Shown: one piece after another, positions 44,103 to 55,172 of the stretch
How the letters are laid out: every line of letters begins with the position of its first letter
Position numbering within the stretch: the stretch's first letter is position 1
NCBI GenBank assembly: GCA_038910715.1
Contig: JBCKBY010000001.1
Coordinates: forward strand, 13,009-77,008
DNA from: Gaiellaceae bacterium
Lineage (GTDB): Bacteria > Actinomycetota > Thermoleophilia > Gaiellales > Gaiellaceae
Reading direction: 5' to 3'
Length of the DNA: 64,000 nucleotides
The notes under the pieces: generated by a model
Databases searched by the model: none
Told to the model about the DNA's origin: nothing
Seen by the model: only the letters and a program-made list of their open reading frames with translations
Program-made: the position numbers and the translations under genes

Positions 44103-46523
44103 ATGGACAAGTACGAGCCGACGACGATCGAGGAGAAGTGGCAACGGGTCTGGGAGGACGCGCACGCCTTCGAGGTGTCGAATCCAGGGCCTTCGAAGGA
44201 CGATGGCGCTCCGAAGAGCTACGTGCTCGAGCAGCTCCCGTATCCGTCGGGGACGCTGCACATGGGCCACATGCTCCCTTACACGATCGGCGACGTCATC
44301 ACGCGCTTCCGCAGCCGCAACGGGATGCGAGTGCTCCACCCGCAAGGGTTCGACTCGTTCGGCCTCCCGGCAGAGAACGCGGCGATCAAGGAGGGCGGCC
44401 ACCCGCGCGAGATCGTCGAGCGAAACATCGCGTATATCAAGCGCTCGATGCGCCGGGTCGGCTGGGCTTACGACTGGCAGCGCGAGCTCTCCACCCACGA
44501 GCCGGACTACTACCGCTGGCAGCAGTGGCAGTTCCTGAAGTTCTACGAGCGCGGGCTCGCGTACCGGAAGGGGGCGCCGGTCAAGTGGTGCCCGGTGGAC
44601 CAGACCGTGCTCGCGAACGAGCAGGTGCACGACGGCCGCTGCGAGCGCTGCGGCGCCGAGGTCGAGTCGCGCCTGATGGAGCAGTGGTTCTTCCGGATCA
44701 CCGATTACGCGCAGGCGCTGCTCGACGACCTCGAGACGGTCGACTGGCCCGAGTCGATCAAGGCGCGCCAGCGGAACTGGATCGGCCGCTCGGAGGGCGC
44801 TGAGATTCTGTTCCGGATCGAGGAGCTGAACGAGGACGTACCCGTGTTCACGACCCGCCCTGACACGCTCTACGGCACGACGTTCTTCGTGCTGGCGCCT
44901 GAGCATGAGCTCGTGGCGCGGATCGACTCCGCCGAAGTCCGCGAGTACGTCCGGCGCGCATCTGCGAAGAAGACCGAGGAGCGCGCGGCGGCGGAGGAGA
45001 AGACGGGCGTCGCCACGGGGCTGCATGCCGTCAACCCGGTGAACGGCGAGCGACTGACCGTGCTCGTCGCGGAGTACGTGCTGATGGACTACGGGACAGG
45101 CGCGATCATGGCCGTGCCCGCGCACGACTCGCGCGACTTCGACTTCGCCGCTGCGTTCGGGCTCCCGGTGCGACACGTCGTCCGTCCCGTCGACGGTGAG
45201 GTAGACCCGGAGACTGCGTACGTCGGGCACACCGAGGGCGAGGTGCTCGTCAACTCAGCGGAGTTCGACGGGATGCCTGCGCCCGAGGGCGGTCGCAGAA
45301 TCGTCGAGAAGCTCGCAGCCGACGGCCGCAGCCGGCCGACGGTCAACTACCGCCTGCGCGACTGGGGGTTCTCGCGGCAGCGCTACTGGGGTTGCCCAAT
45401 CCCCGTTGTCTACTGCGACGCGTGCGGGATCGTCCCGGTGCCGGAGGACGAGCTGCCGGTGCTCCTGCCCCACCTCGAGGACTTCAAGCCGAAGGGGAAG
45501 CCGCCGCTCGCGCAGGCCGAGGAGTGGGTCAACGTTCCTTGCCCGCGCTGCGAGCAGCCCGCGCGGCGCGAGACCGAGACGATGGACACGTTCGTCGACT
45601 CGTCCTGGTACTTCCTCCGCTACTGCGACGCCCGCAACGACACGGCGCCGTTCGCTCGCGAAGCGGTCGACTACTGGAACCCGGTCGACCTGTACATCGG
45701 CGGTGTCGACCACGCCACGATGCACATGATCTACGCCCGCTTCTGGGTCAAAGTGCTGAACGACCTCGGGTTGGTCGGCTTCCGGGAGCCGTTCGCGCGG
45801 TTCTTCTCCAACGGCTGGGTGACGGTTGGCAAGACGAAGATGTCGAAGCGGGCCGGGAACGTCGTCGGGCCGGACGACTTCGTCGAGCGCTACGGAGCGG
45901 ACGCATGCCGCCTGAACATCCTCTTCCTCGGGCCTGCGAACGAGGACATGGAGTGGACCGAAGAGGGTGTCGAAGGCATGGCCCGTTTCGTCCGCCGTCT
46001 CTGGAGGGTCGTGAACGAGGTCGTGGAAGATGCGCCGTCGGACGCGCCCGAGGGGGGCGCGCTCGCACGCAAGGCGCACGCGACTATTGCGAAGGTCTCC
46101 GACGACATCGGGCGGCGCTACGCCTTCAACACGGCGATCGCGGCGATGATGGAGCTCGTCAACGAGCTCTCGAAGGACACAACTGGCCCGGACTCGCGTT
46201 TTGCCGCCGAGACGGTCGTATCGCTCATCCAGCCATATGCACCACATGTCGCAGAGGAACTCTGGGAGCGGCTTGGGCGCGACCGGCTGTGGGAGGCCCC
46301 ATGGCCGGTTGCCGACCCCGCGCTACTCGAGGTCGAGACGGTCGAGGTCGTCGTCCAGGTGAACGGGCGCGTTCGAGAGCGTTTGCACGTGCCGCCCGAC
46401 ACACCCGATGAGGAGCTCGTCGCCCTCGCACGTGCGTCCGAGCGCGTGCAGTCGTACCTCGACGGCCGTGAGGTTGCCCGGACGATCGTCGTTCCCGGAA
46501 AGCTCGTCAGCTTCGTCACCTGA
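44103..46523 (+). CDS. leuS: Leucyl-tRNA synthetase
   Basis: MDKYEPTTIEEKWQRVWED, an HIGH-type motif (HMGH) and KMSKR. The ORF also has an in-frame ATG at 44091. Confidence 0.9.
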   Translation: MDKYEPTTIEEKWQRVWEDAHAFEVSNPGPSKDDGAPKSYVLEQLPYPSGTLHMGHMLPYTIGDVITRFRSRNGMRVLHPQGFDSFGLPAENAAIKEGGHPREIVERNIAYIKRSMRRVGWAYDWQRELSTHEPDYYRWQQWQFLKFYERGLAYRKGAPVKWCPVDQTVLANEQVHDGRCERCGAEVESRLMEQWFFRITDYAQALLDDLETVDWPESIKARQRNWIGRSEGAEILFRIEELNEDVPVFTTRPDTLYGTTFFVLAPEHELVARIDSAEVREYVRRASAKKTEERAAAEEKTGVATGLHAVNPVNGERLTVLVAEYVLMDYGTGAIMAVPAHDSRDFDFAAAFGLPVRHVVRPVDGEVDPETAYVGHTEGEVLVNSAEFDGMPAPEGGRRIVEKLAADGRSRPTVNYRLRDWGFSRQRYWGCPIPVVYCDACGIVPVPEDELPVLLPHLEDFKPKGKPPLAQAEEWVNVPCPRCEQPARRETETMDTFVDSSWYFLRYCDARNDTAPFAREAVDYWNPVDLYIGGVDHATMHMIYARFWVKVLNDLGLVGFREPFARFFSNGWVTVGKTKMSKRAGNVVGPDDFVERYGADACRLNILFLGPANEDMEWTEEGVEGMARFVRRLWRVVNEVVEDAPSDAPEGGALARKAHATIAKVSDDIGRRYAFNTAIAAMMELVNELSKDTTGPDSRFAAETVVSLIQPYAPHVAEELWERLGRDRLWEAPWPVADPALLEVETVEVVVQVNGRVRERLHVPPDTPDEELVALARASERVQSYLDGREVARTIVVPGKLVSFVT

Positions 46524-46627
46524 GACCGGTTTTCATCGCGGGCTGATTGGCGCGGCGTGGCCGATTGGCACTGACTCGGCACGAAGGCGTGTCCCACGTG
46601 TGAACTTGTTGGGGCGACCATCGACGC

Positions 46628-47251
46628 ATGGCGTTCGCCGTCTCGCGGTCGACCGCGCTGGTTGCGCTCAGTGCGCTCCTGGTCGTGCTCGCGCTTGCCG
46701 GGCATCGCTTGGCGCAGGCGGGCACCGCGACCTCCCCCGAGGTTGTGGCTCCGCTCGAGCCTGTCGCGCAGGCACCAGCTCGGAGCGCGCTCGTCGTCCA
46801 CGTCGTGGGCGCCGTTCGTCGGCCCGGTCTGTATCGCCTCCGTGAGGGAGCGCGGGTGGCGGACGCCGTCTCCCGTGCGGGCGGCGCTACACGTGGTGCC
46901 GAGCTAGCCGCACTCAATCTCGCCGCTCCCCTCTTCGATGGGATACAGGTTCTCGTCCCGCGGCGGCTGGCGGCTGCCGGGGTTGTCGGGTCAATGGCTG
47001 GCCCGCCGTCGGTGGAGGCGCTTGCAGGGACTACGGAAGGCGCAGCCGGGGCGCTTGGGCCCAAGCTGAGCCTGTCCTCGGCGACGGCTGACCAACTCGA
47101 CGAGCTCCCCGGGGTGGGGCCGATAACCGCGCAGAAGATCCTCGACTACCGAGCCGAGCATGGTCCGTTCAGATCGGTCGACGATCTGGACGCGGTGCCC
47201 GGTATCGGGCCCACGCGGATCGAGCAGCTGCGCGACCTCGTGACCCCGTGA
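46628..47251 (+). CDS. comEA: ComEA family DNA-binding competence protein (SLBB plus helix-hairpin-helix)
   Basis: N-terminal TM segment. VVHVVGAVRRPGLYRL (SLBB domain) and C-terminal LDELPGVGPITAQKILDYR...VPGIGPTRIEQL (HhH). Confidence 0.85.
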   Translation: MAFAVSRSTALVALSALLVVLALAGHRLAQAGTATSPEVVAPLEPVAQAPARSALVVHVVGAVRRPGLYRLREGARVADAVSRAGGATRGAELAALNLAAPLFDGIQVLVPRRLAAAGVVGSMAGPPSVEALAGTTEGAAGALGPKLSLSSATADQLDELPGVGPITAQKILDYRAEHGPFRSVDDLDAVPGIGPTRIEQLRDLVTP

Positions 47252-49533
47252 GGCGAGTCGTCGAGCAACACTGGCCCTCGATGTTGGTAGGCGCGGCGTG
47301 CGCCGGGCTCGCGGCCTCCAACACGGTGTCGCTTCCCGGACCAGCTCTCGCCCTTGCGGGATGCCTCGCGCTGGGGGCGGTGGCCTTCCTCGCCGACAGA
47401 GCGCGGGTCATCGCAATCGGGTGCGCTCTCGTCGTTGTGGGGTTGTGGTGGGGAGGGCTGCGGCTCGACGCCATGGCCTCGAGCGCCCTTTCGCACGAGA
47501 TCGGCGAGTCCGTGCCTGCGGAGCTCGTCGTCGTCGGTCCCGCGCGAACGACTTCCTGGGCCGTCCGCGTGCAGGCGGAGGTGAGACGATTCGGCGAATT
47601 GCGTGTCCGGGAGCGGGTTCTGCTCTTGCTCCCGGTCGGCCGATCACCGCCGCGGGGCGCCATCCTCGAGACGGTGGTTCGCGTCCGCGAGCCGCGCGCG
47701 CCCGAAGGTGGCTTCGACGAGCGGGCCTGGCTCGCGCGCCAGGGGGTCCACGTGGTCCTTCGGGGTGGCACCTGGCGGCAGATCGGTACTCGAGGGGGCA
47801 TTGCCGGCGTCGGAGACCGCCTCCGGGACCGTGTCGAGCGCGCGGTCGAACGCGGTGTCGGCGGGGTGCGTCGTGGGCTCGTGCTCGGCGTGGTCCTCGG
47901 CGAAGACGAGGGGCTCTCGGACGAGATCCGGTACGACTTCCGCGCCTCTGGCCTGTACCACTTGCTCGCCGTCTCCGGACAGAACGTCATGTTCCTTGCA
48001 ATCGGTATCTACGGGCTCGGTTGGCTGCTGCGACTCCCGCGGGTCGTGCGTGAGCTCGCGACGGTGGGAGGGATTGGGCTCTATGTGCTCGCGGTCGGCT
48101 GGCAGCCGTCCGTAGTTCGGGCGGGAGTGGCGGGAGCGCTGGCGTCGCTCGCCTGGCTGGTTGCGCGGCCGCGGGATCGCTGGCACTTCCTCGCACTCGG
48201 CGCGCTCGTACTCCTCGTGTGGACGCCGACCTCCGTCTTCGAGCCGGGGTTCCAGCTTTCGTTCGCCGCGGTCGCGGGGATCTTCGTCGCCGTGCCGCGC
48301 GTGCGAGATCGCCTGCGCGGCTATCCGTTGCCGACTAGGCTCGCCGAGGTCCTTGGTGTCGCCGTCGTCTGCGGCGTCGTCACGGCGCCGATCGTCCTTG
48401 TCCACTTCGGACAAGCTCCGCTGTACACGGTTCCGGCGAACGTGCTCGCGGAGCCTGCTGTCCCGCTCGTCCTCGGGCTCGGCCTCCTGGCCGGTGCGGT
48501 CGATCCGTTCGCTCCCGGCGTGGCGGCTGCGCTCGGGTGGCTCGCGGGTTGGGCGGCTGCTTGGCTCGAGCTCGTCGCGCGACTCGTCGCGTCGCTGCCG
48601 TCGGCGCAGATCGGAACGACGACGGCGCTCGTTCTCGCGGTGGGCGCCGCAGGTTCCTGGCTGACCGTGCGCCACGCTTCACCACTGATAGGACGGCATC
48701 GGCCGGCAATGGCTCTCGGTAGCGTGGTCGTCGTCGCGATCGCGGGCTGGTGGGCGGTCCGGCCCGCGCCCGTCTGGGATCAGCCCACCGGGCTGCGGGT
48801 GACGTTCCTCGATGTCGGTCAGGGCGACTCCGTCCTCCTCGAGACTCCGAGCGCGCGCGTGTTGGTCGATCAGGGCCCGCCCGAGGCCGATGTCGCCGGC
48901 CAGTTGGCCCGCATGGGTGTCCGCTCGCTCTCGGCCCTCGTGCTGACCCACCCCCAGCGCGATCATGTCGGCGGAGCGGGAGACGTCATTCGACAGCTTC
49001 GTGTCGGCGCCGTCCTCGACCCTGGGCTGGCGGCCACCGGCCCCGAGCGGGAGGAAGCAGTCGCGGCCGCGCGTGAACGGCGCGTCCCGATCCGCGTCGT
49101 GCGGGCAGGGTCGGAGTTCAAAATCGGCGGACTGCGCCTTCGCGCTCTCTGGCCGCCTGATCCCGGCGCCCCGTCCGAGGATCCGAACCTGAATGCTCTC
49201 GTTCTCGTTGCGACGTATGGCGAAACGGACGTCCTGCTCACCGCCGATGCCGAATCCGAGGTCACCGCCAGCCTGCCGCTCAGCGGGATCGAGATCCTCA
49301 AGGTCGCCCACCACGGGTCCGCAGATCCTGGCCTCGACGACGAGCTACGCGTACTTCGGCCGCGGATCGCGGTCATCTCGTGCGGACGGAACAACGACTA
49401 CGGCCATCCACGGGCGGAGACCCTCGCGGCGCTTGCCGCGTCCCCGGGGATCGCCGTCTATCGAACCGACCAGGACGGCCGTGTCGTCGTCGAATCCGAC
49501 GGGCGCCAGCTTCGGGTCCGTACGCACGGCTAG
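47248..49533 (+). CDS. comEC: ComEC/Rec2 DNA internalization channel with C-terminal MBL domain
   Basis: 761-aa polytopic protein. ASGLYHLLAVSGQNV competence domain and VTFLDVGQGDSVLLE...HPQRDHVGG MBL domain. GTGA overlap with comEA. Confidence 0.85.
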   Translation: MRRVVEQHWPSMLVGAACAGLAASNTVSLPGPALALAGCLALGAVAFLADRARVIAIGCALVVVGLWWGGLRLDAMASSALSHEIGESVPAELVVVGPARTTSWAVRVQAEVRRFGELRVRERVLLLLPVGRSPPRGAILETVVRVREPRAPEGGFDERAWLARQGVHVVLRGGTWRQIGTRGGIAGVGDRLRDRVERAVERGVGGVRRGLVLGVVLGEDEGLSDEIRYDFRASGLYHLLAVSGQNVMFLAIGIYGLGWLLRLPRVVRELATVGGIGLYVLAVGWQPSVVRAGVAGALASLAWLVARPRDRWHFLALGALVLLVWTPTSVFEPGFQLSFAAVAGIFVAVPRVRDRLRGYPLPTRLAEVLGVAVVCGVVTAPIVLVHFGQAPLYTVPANVLAEPAVPLVLGLGLLAGAVDPFAPGVAAALGWLAGWAAAWLELVARLVASLPSAQIGTTTALVLAVGAAGSWLTVRHASPLIGRHRPAMALGSVVVVAIAGWWAVRPAPVWDQPTGLRVTFLDVGQGDSVLLETPSARVLVDQGPPEADVAGQLARMGVRSLSALVLTHPQRDHVGGAGDVIRQLRVGAVLDPGLAATGPEREEAVAAARERRVPIRVVRAGSEFKIGGLRLRALWPPDPGAPSEDPNLNALVLVATYGETDVLLTADAESEVTASLPLSGIEILKVAHHGSADPGLDDELRVLRPRIAVISCGRNNDYGHPRAETLAALAASPGIAVYRTDQDGRVVVESDGRQLRVRTHG

Positions 49534-49550
49534 GCGTTGACGTGAAACCG

Positions 49551-49628
49551 AACGCCGCGGCCGCGAAGCGGACGCCTTCAGGGATGTTCGCGCGACCGGG
49601 ATCCGCGCGAGCGGATTCCGGTCGCGCC
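49551..49628 (+). repeat. Copy B of the two-hairpin intergenic repeat
   Basis: aacgccgcggccgcgaagcggacgccttcagggatgttcgcgcgaccgggatccgcgcgagcggattccggtcgcgcc. Hairpin 2 (49590-49627) has a GCGA tetraloop. Confidence 0.8.
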
Positions 49629-49650
49629 CAGAGGCTAGGGTAGAGGCGCC

Positions 49651-50670
49651 TTGGCGGACGCCCCCGACAAGCCTGTCTACCTGCTGACGGGCAGCGACCG
49701 TCCGAAGATCGAGACGGCGCTCGCGCGGCTGCGCAGACACTTCGTCGCGGAGGCGATCGATGTCGTCAGCGCTCTGGACACGTCCGGCGAGGACGCCGTC
49801 GCGCTCTGCAACGCCGGGAGCCTCTTCGGTGACTCGAGGCTGGTCGTCGTCGAGGACGTCGACGGCCGCCGAGACTCGGACCAGCGGCGCAAGGGCGGTT
49901 GGAGAGCTGCTGATGTGGAGGCAGTGGGCGCGTATCTAGTGAACCCTGCGCCCGGAACCGTGCTCGCTCTCGTTGGCGAGGACGTCAAGAAGACGACGGC
50001 GCTCTGGAAGGCGTGTGCGAAGGCAGGTCAGATTCTGGAGTTCGCCGTTGCGAAGAAGGGCCTGCAGAGCTGGGTCACCGAGCAGTTCCGGCAGCGAGGG
50101 GTGCAGGCGGACCCCGAGGCCTCCGCAGCGCTCGTGCAGCTCGTCGGCGACGATCCGCTAGCCCTGGCTTCGGAGGTCGACAAGCTCACGACCTGGGCGG
50201 CGGGCGAACCGATTGGCGAACGCGAGGTCCTCGCCCTTGCAGCCCCAAACGGGGGCGAGCCGCTCTACGTTCTAACCGATGCGCTGGGCATCAGGGACGG
50301 CCCATCGGTGATTGCCCTCAGCGAGGAGTTCTTCGAGAAGGACGATCGGCCGCGTCGTGACGCCGCTGCCGCTCGCATGGCAGGAGCGATGACGGGCCAC
50401 ATCACCCGCCTCTCAACGCTGAAGCGTTTCGCCCGGCGGGGCGTCGGCTCGAAGGAGGCGGCTGCGGAGCTCGGTATGCACCCGTTTCGCGCCCAGAAGC
50501 TGTCCGAACAGGCCGAAGGATTTTCGGCCGAAGAGCTGCACGATGCCGTCGTGCGCCTCGCGGCGCTCGACGGAGCGCTCAAGGGTCAGAGCCGCCTCGC
50601 TGCGGATCTCGAAGTCCAGCGGGCGCTCGTCGATCTCACGCGCCGGCCGGGAGCCGCGCGCACCTCGTAA
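49651..50670 (+). CDS. holA: DNA polymerase III delta subunit
   Basis: TTG start. 339 aa with YLLTGSD at the N-terminus. Conserved position after comEC. Confidence 0.8.
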   Translation: MADAPDKPVYLLTGSDRPKIETALARLRRHFVAEAIDVVSALDTSGEDAVALCNAGSLFGDSRLVVVEDVDGRRDSDQRRKGGWRAADVEAVGAYLVNPAPGTVLALVGEDVKKTTALWKACAKAGQILEFAVAKKGLQSWVTEQFRQRGVQADPEASAALVQLVGDDPLALASEVDKLTTWAAGEPIGEREVLALAAPNGGEPLYVLTDALGIRDGPSVIALSEEFFEKDDRPRRDAAAARMAGAMTGHITRLSTLKRFARRGVGSKEAAAELGMHPFRAQKLSEQAEGFSAEELHDAVVRLAALDGALKGQSRLAADLEVQRALVDLTRRPGAARTS

Positions 50671-50676
50671 GTCGCG

Positions 50677-50943
50677 CTAGGAGGCGGCGCCGGCGGCGGT
50701 TCTCGCGGCCTGCGACTTCTTTCGCGCGGCCGTGTTGCGATGCAGAGCGCCGCGTGTCGTCGCTCGGTCGATCGTACGGACGAGGTCACGATGCTCGCTC
50801 GCGATGAGATCGGCGTCACCTTCGGCAGCCGCCGTCTCGAGTCGCTTCGTGAGCGTCTTGATCGTCGAGCGGTAGCGAAGGTTCTCGAGGCGCTGCCTCG
50901 CCTGGATGCGGACGCGCTTTTTCTGTTGCTGGATATTCGCCAT
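50677..50943 (-). CDS. rpsT: 30S ribosomal protein S20
   Basis: MANIQQQKKRVRIQARQRLENLRYRSTIKTLTKR..., 88 aa. The longer ORF extension upstream is spurious. Confidence 0.9.
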   Translation of the reverse strand: MANIQQQKKRVRIQARQRLENLRYRSTIKTLTKRLETAAAEGDADLIASEHRDLVRTIDRATTRGALHRNTAARKKSQAARTAAGAAS

Positions 50944-50953
50944 TCGAGAAAAT

Positions 50954-50969
50954 GCCCGCAGCTGCGGGC
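50954..50969 (-). promoter_or_regulatory. Hairpin in the rpsT 5' region
   Basis: gcccgc-agct-gcgggc. On the minus strand it is followed by attttctcga and then the S20 ATG. No Shine-Dalgarno sequence is visible. Confidence 0.4.
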
Positions 50970-51003
50970 CGGGCGATGGTAGCAGGACCTGCTGGGAGAA
51001 TCG

Positions 51004-51747
51004 GTGCGCAGAATGGACTCGACTTTCTTCTGGCTCGTCGTTCCCGGGCTTGCGACCGGCGTAGGTGGGTTGGGGCTGCTCGTCATCAGGAGGCCGGGTG
51101 ATCGGCTTCTCGACACCTTGCTCGGCGCTACCGCCGGGATCATGCTCGCAGCGTCCGTCTTCAGTCTGCTCGTGCCTGCTCTCGACGAAGGTGCGGTCAG
51201 CGAGGTCGTCCTCGGGTTCCTCGTGGGCGCGGCGGTGCTCGCTCTGCTCGACCTCTACATCCCACACATCCACGCGCGCTTCGTCGAGCGCCCGCCGCGC
51301 GGAGAGACGCACCGCGCGGCGCTCATGCTCGGGGCGCTCACGATCCACAATCTGCCCGAGGGGCTCGCGGTCGGCGTTGCCTTCGCGGCCGGAGGGCCCG
51401 AGCTCGGAATCCCGATTGCCGTCGCAATCGGCTTGCAGAACATCCCCGAGGGGTTTGCCGCAGCTGCACCAGTCCTGGCTGCTGGCGCGACTAGGCGAAT
51501 GGCGATCGGCTTTGCCGCAGCGACCGGGCTCGTCGAGCCACCGGCTGCGCTCCTCGGTTATGGCGTTGCCGGGACCGTCGCCGCCGCGCTGCCCGTCGCC
51601 CTCGCCTTCGCCGCCGGCGCGATGGTCTACGTTGTCGTCGACGAGATCATCCCGGAGAGCCACGGTCGGGGTAACGAGCGCGAAGCCACGGCAGGTGTGG
51701 TCGCAGGCTTCGCAGTGATGATGCTGCTCGACAACGCCCTCGGCTGA
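51004..51747 (+). CDS. ZIP family divalent-metal transporter
   Basis: 247 aa with HNLPEGLAVGVAF and GLQNIPEGFA motifs. Confidence 0.8.
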   Translation: MRRMDSTFFWLVVPGLATGVGGLGLLVIRRPGDRLLDTLLGATAGIMLAASVFSLLVPALDEGAVSEVVLGFLVGAAVLALLDLYIPHIHARFVERPPRGETHRAALMLGALTIHNLPEGLAVGVAFAAGGPELGIPIAVAIGLQNIPEGFAAAAPVLAAGATRRMAIGFAAATGLVEPPAALLGYGVAGTVAAALPVALAFAAGAMVYVVVDEIIPESHGRGNEREATAGVVAGFAVMMLLDNALG

Positions 51748-51751
51748 CAAC

Positions 51752-53374
51752 GTGACCGAGCCTCCCGACACCTCAACTCCCACCGGCGCGACAGAGCACG
51801 GCCACAACCGGCGGATCGCTCGCTCGACTGCGGTCTTCTCGCTCGCCACAGCCATCTCGAGGGTTCTCGGCCTCATGCGCGAGATGGTCAGCGCGTACTA
51901 CTTCGGAGTCTCGGGGCTCATCAACGCGTTCACCGTCGCGATTCAGATCCCGAACCTCGTGCGCGCGCTCGTTGCCGATGCGGCGCTCTCGGGCGCGTTC
52001 GTTCCGGTCTTCAGCGAGCTGCTCGAGCGCGGCGAGAAGAGGCGGGCGTGGCGCGTGGCGTCGACTCTCTTCTGGCTGACGCTCCTCGTCCTCGGCGGCG
52101 TCACTGCGCTCTTCATCCTGCTCGCGCCGCTTCTGATGCGGCCGTTCGGCGATCCCGGCGGGGACTTCGACCTCGCGGTCGGCCTCTCACGTGTCCTCTT
52201 CCCGATCGTCGTCCTCCTCGGGCTCTCCGGGATCGTCGTCGGGATCCTGAACACGTACCACCACTTCGCGCTTCCGGCGCTCGCTCCGGTCGCGTGGAAC
52301 CTGGTGATCATCCTCGGGCTCGTCATCGGCGTCCCCCGGATCGACGACGAGAGCGGCCAGCTCTACCTCTACGCCGCAGTGGTGGTCCTCGGGACTCTCG
52401 TTCAGCTGCTGCTGCCCATCCCGTGGCTGCGACGGCTCGACGGCAGCCTCACGATGGTCATCGACTGGCGCGATCCCGCGGTGCGTCGAGTGCTCGGGCT
52501 GATGCTCCCGGTGACTCTCACGATCGGCCTGGTGAACGTGAACTTCCTCGTCGACACGCTGTTCGCGTCGCGGCTCCTCGATCCCGAGCTCGCGCCGGCT
52601 GCGATCGACAAGGCGTTCCGGCTCTACATGCTCCCGCAGGGCATCTTCGCCGTCGCAGTCACGACGGTTCTCTTCCCGATGCTCGCGCGCATGGCTGCGA
52701 GAGGGGACACGGCAGGCCTGCGGCGCGCGCTCGACGGGGGGTTGCGCCAGATCGCCTTTCTCCTCGTCCCAGCAGGCTTGCTCTCGATCGTGCTCGCCGA
52801 GCCGATCGTCCGGCTCGTCTACCAGCGCGGCGAGTTCACCGCCGAGAACACCGTGCTCGTCGCCCAGTGCCTGCAGGCGTTCTCGATCGGTCTCGTCTTC
52901 AACGGCTGGATGCTGATCCTCAACCGCAGCTTCTACGCCGTGCAGACGAACTGGACGCCGACCGCCATCGCCCTCGGTGCGGTCGCGCTCAACGCCATCT
53001 TCGACACGATCTTCTATCGACTCGGAATCTGGGGGATTCCGCTTGCGACGTCGACCGTCAACGTTGTGGCCGCGACCGTCCTTCTTGTGATGATGCGCCG
53101 GCGCATCGGGCTCGAGCACGTCGGCAGGACTCTCGGCGTGGTGGCTCGCGTCGCGTTCGCCGCGGTGCTCGCGGCCGCGGCTGCGTTCGGGGTCTGGTAC
53201 GGGCTCGATGCCTGGCTAGGGGAGTCCCTCATCGCCCAGCTCGTCTCTCTCGGAGCAGGCTTTGCCGCCGGCGGGCTCGTCTACCTGGGCGCCGGCCGAG
53301 CGCTCGGGCTTCGCGAGCTCGAGGCGCTGCTACTGTTGCGAGCCCAGCGCTCCGAGCCCTCCGACCAGCGCTGA
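51752..53374 (+). CDS. murJ: Lipid II flippase MurJ/MviN
   Basis: 540-aa polytopic protein. [17 protein letters not shown] and GAFVPVFSE are typical of MurJ. Confidence 0.85.
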   Translation: MTEPPDTSTPTGATEHGHNRRIARSTAVFSLATAISRVLGLMREMVSAYYFGVSGLINAFTVAIQIPNLVRALVADAALSGAFVPVFSELLERGEKRRAWRVASTLFWLTLLVLGGVTALFILLAPLLMRPFGDPGGDFDLAVGLSRVLFPIVVLLGLSGIVVGILNTYHHFALPALAPVAWNLVIILGLVIGVPRIDDESGQLYLYAAVVVLGTLVQLLLPIPWLRRLDGSLTMVIDWRDPAVRRVLGLMLPVTLTIGLVNVNFLVDTLFASRLLDPELAPAAIDKAFRLYMLPQGIFAVAVTTVLFPMLARMAARGDTAGLRRALDGGLRQIAFLLVPAGLLSIVLAEPIVRLVYQRGEFTAENTVLVAQCLQAFSIGLVFNGWMLILNRSFYAVQTNWTPTAIALGAVALNAIFDTIFYRLGIWGIPLATSTVNVVAATVLLVMMRRRIGLEHVGRTLGVVARVAFAAVLAAAAAFGVWYGLDAWLGESLIAQLVSLGAGFAAGGLVYLGAGRALGLRELEALLLLRAQRSEPSDQR

Positions 53375-53379
53375 TTCCT

Positions 53380-55170
<1,791 letters not shown>

Positions 55171-55172
55171 CC

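Noticed and set aside
52048-53379. ~440-codon N-terminal extension of the lepA ORF (track ORF 52048-55170)
   Set aside because: The extension overlaps murJ in another frame and reads as Arg/Pro junk. The LepA family N-terminus ([16 protein letters not shown]) begins at ATG 53380.
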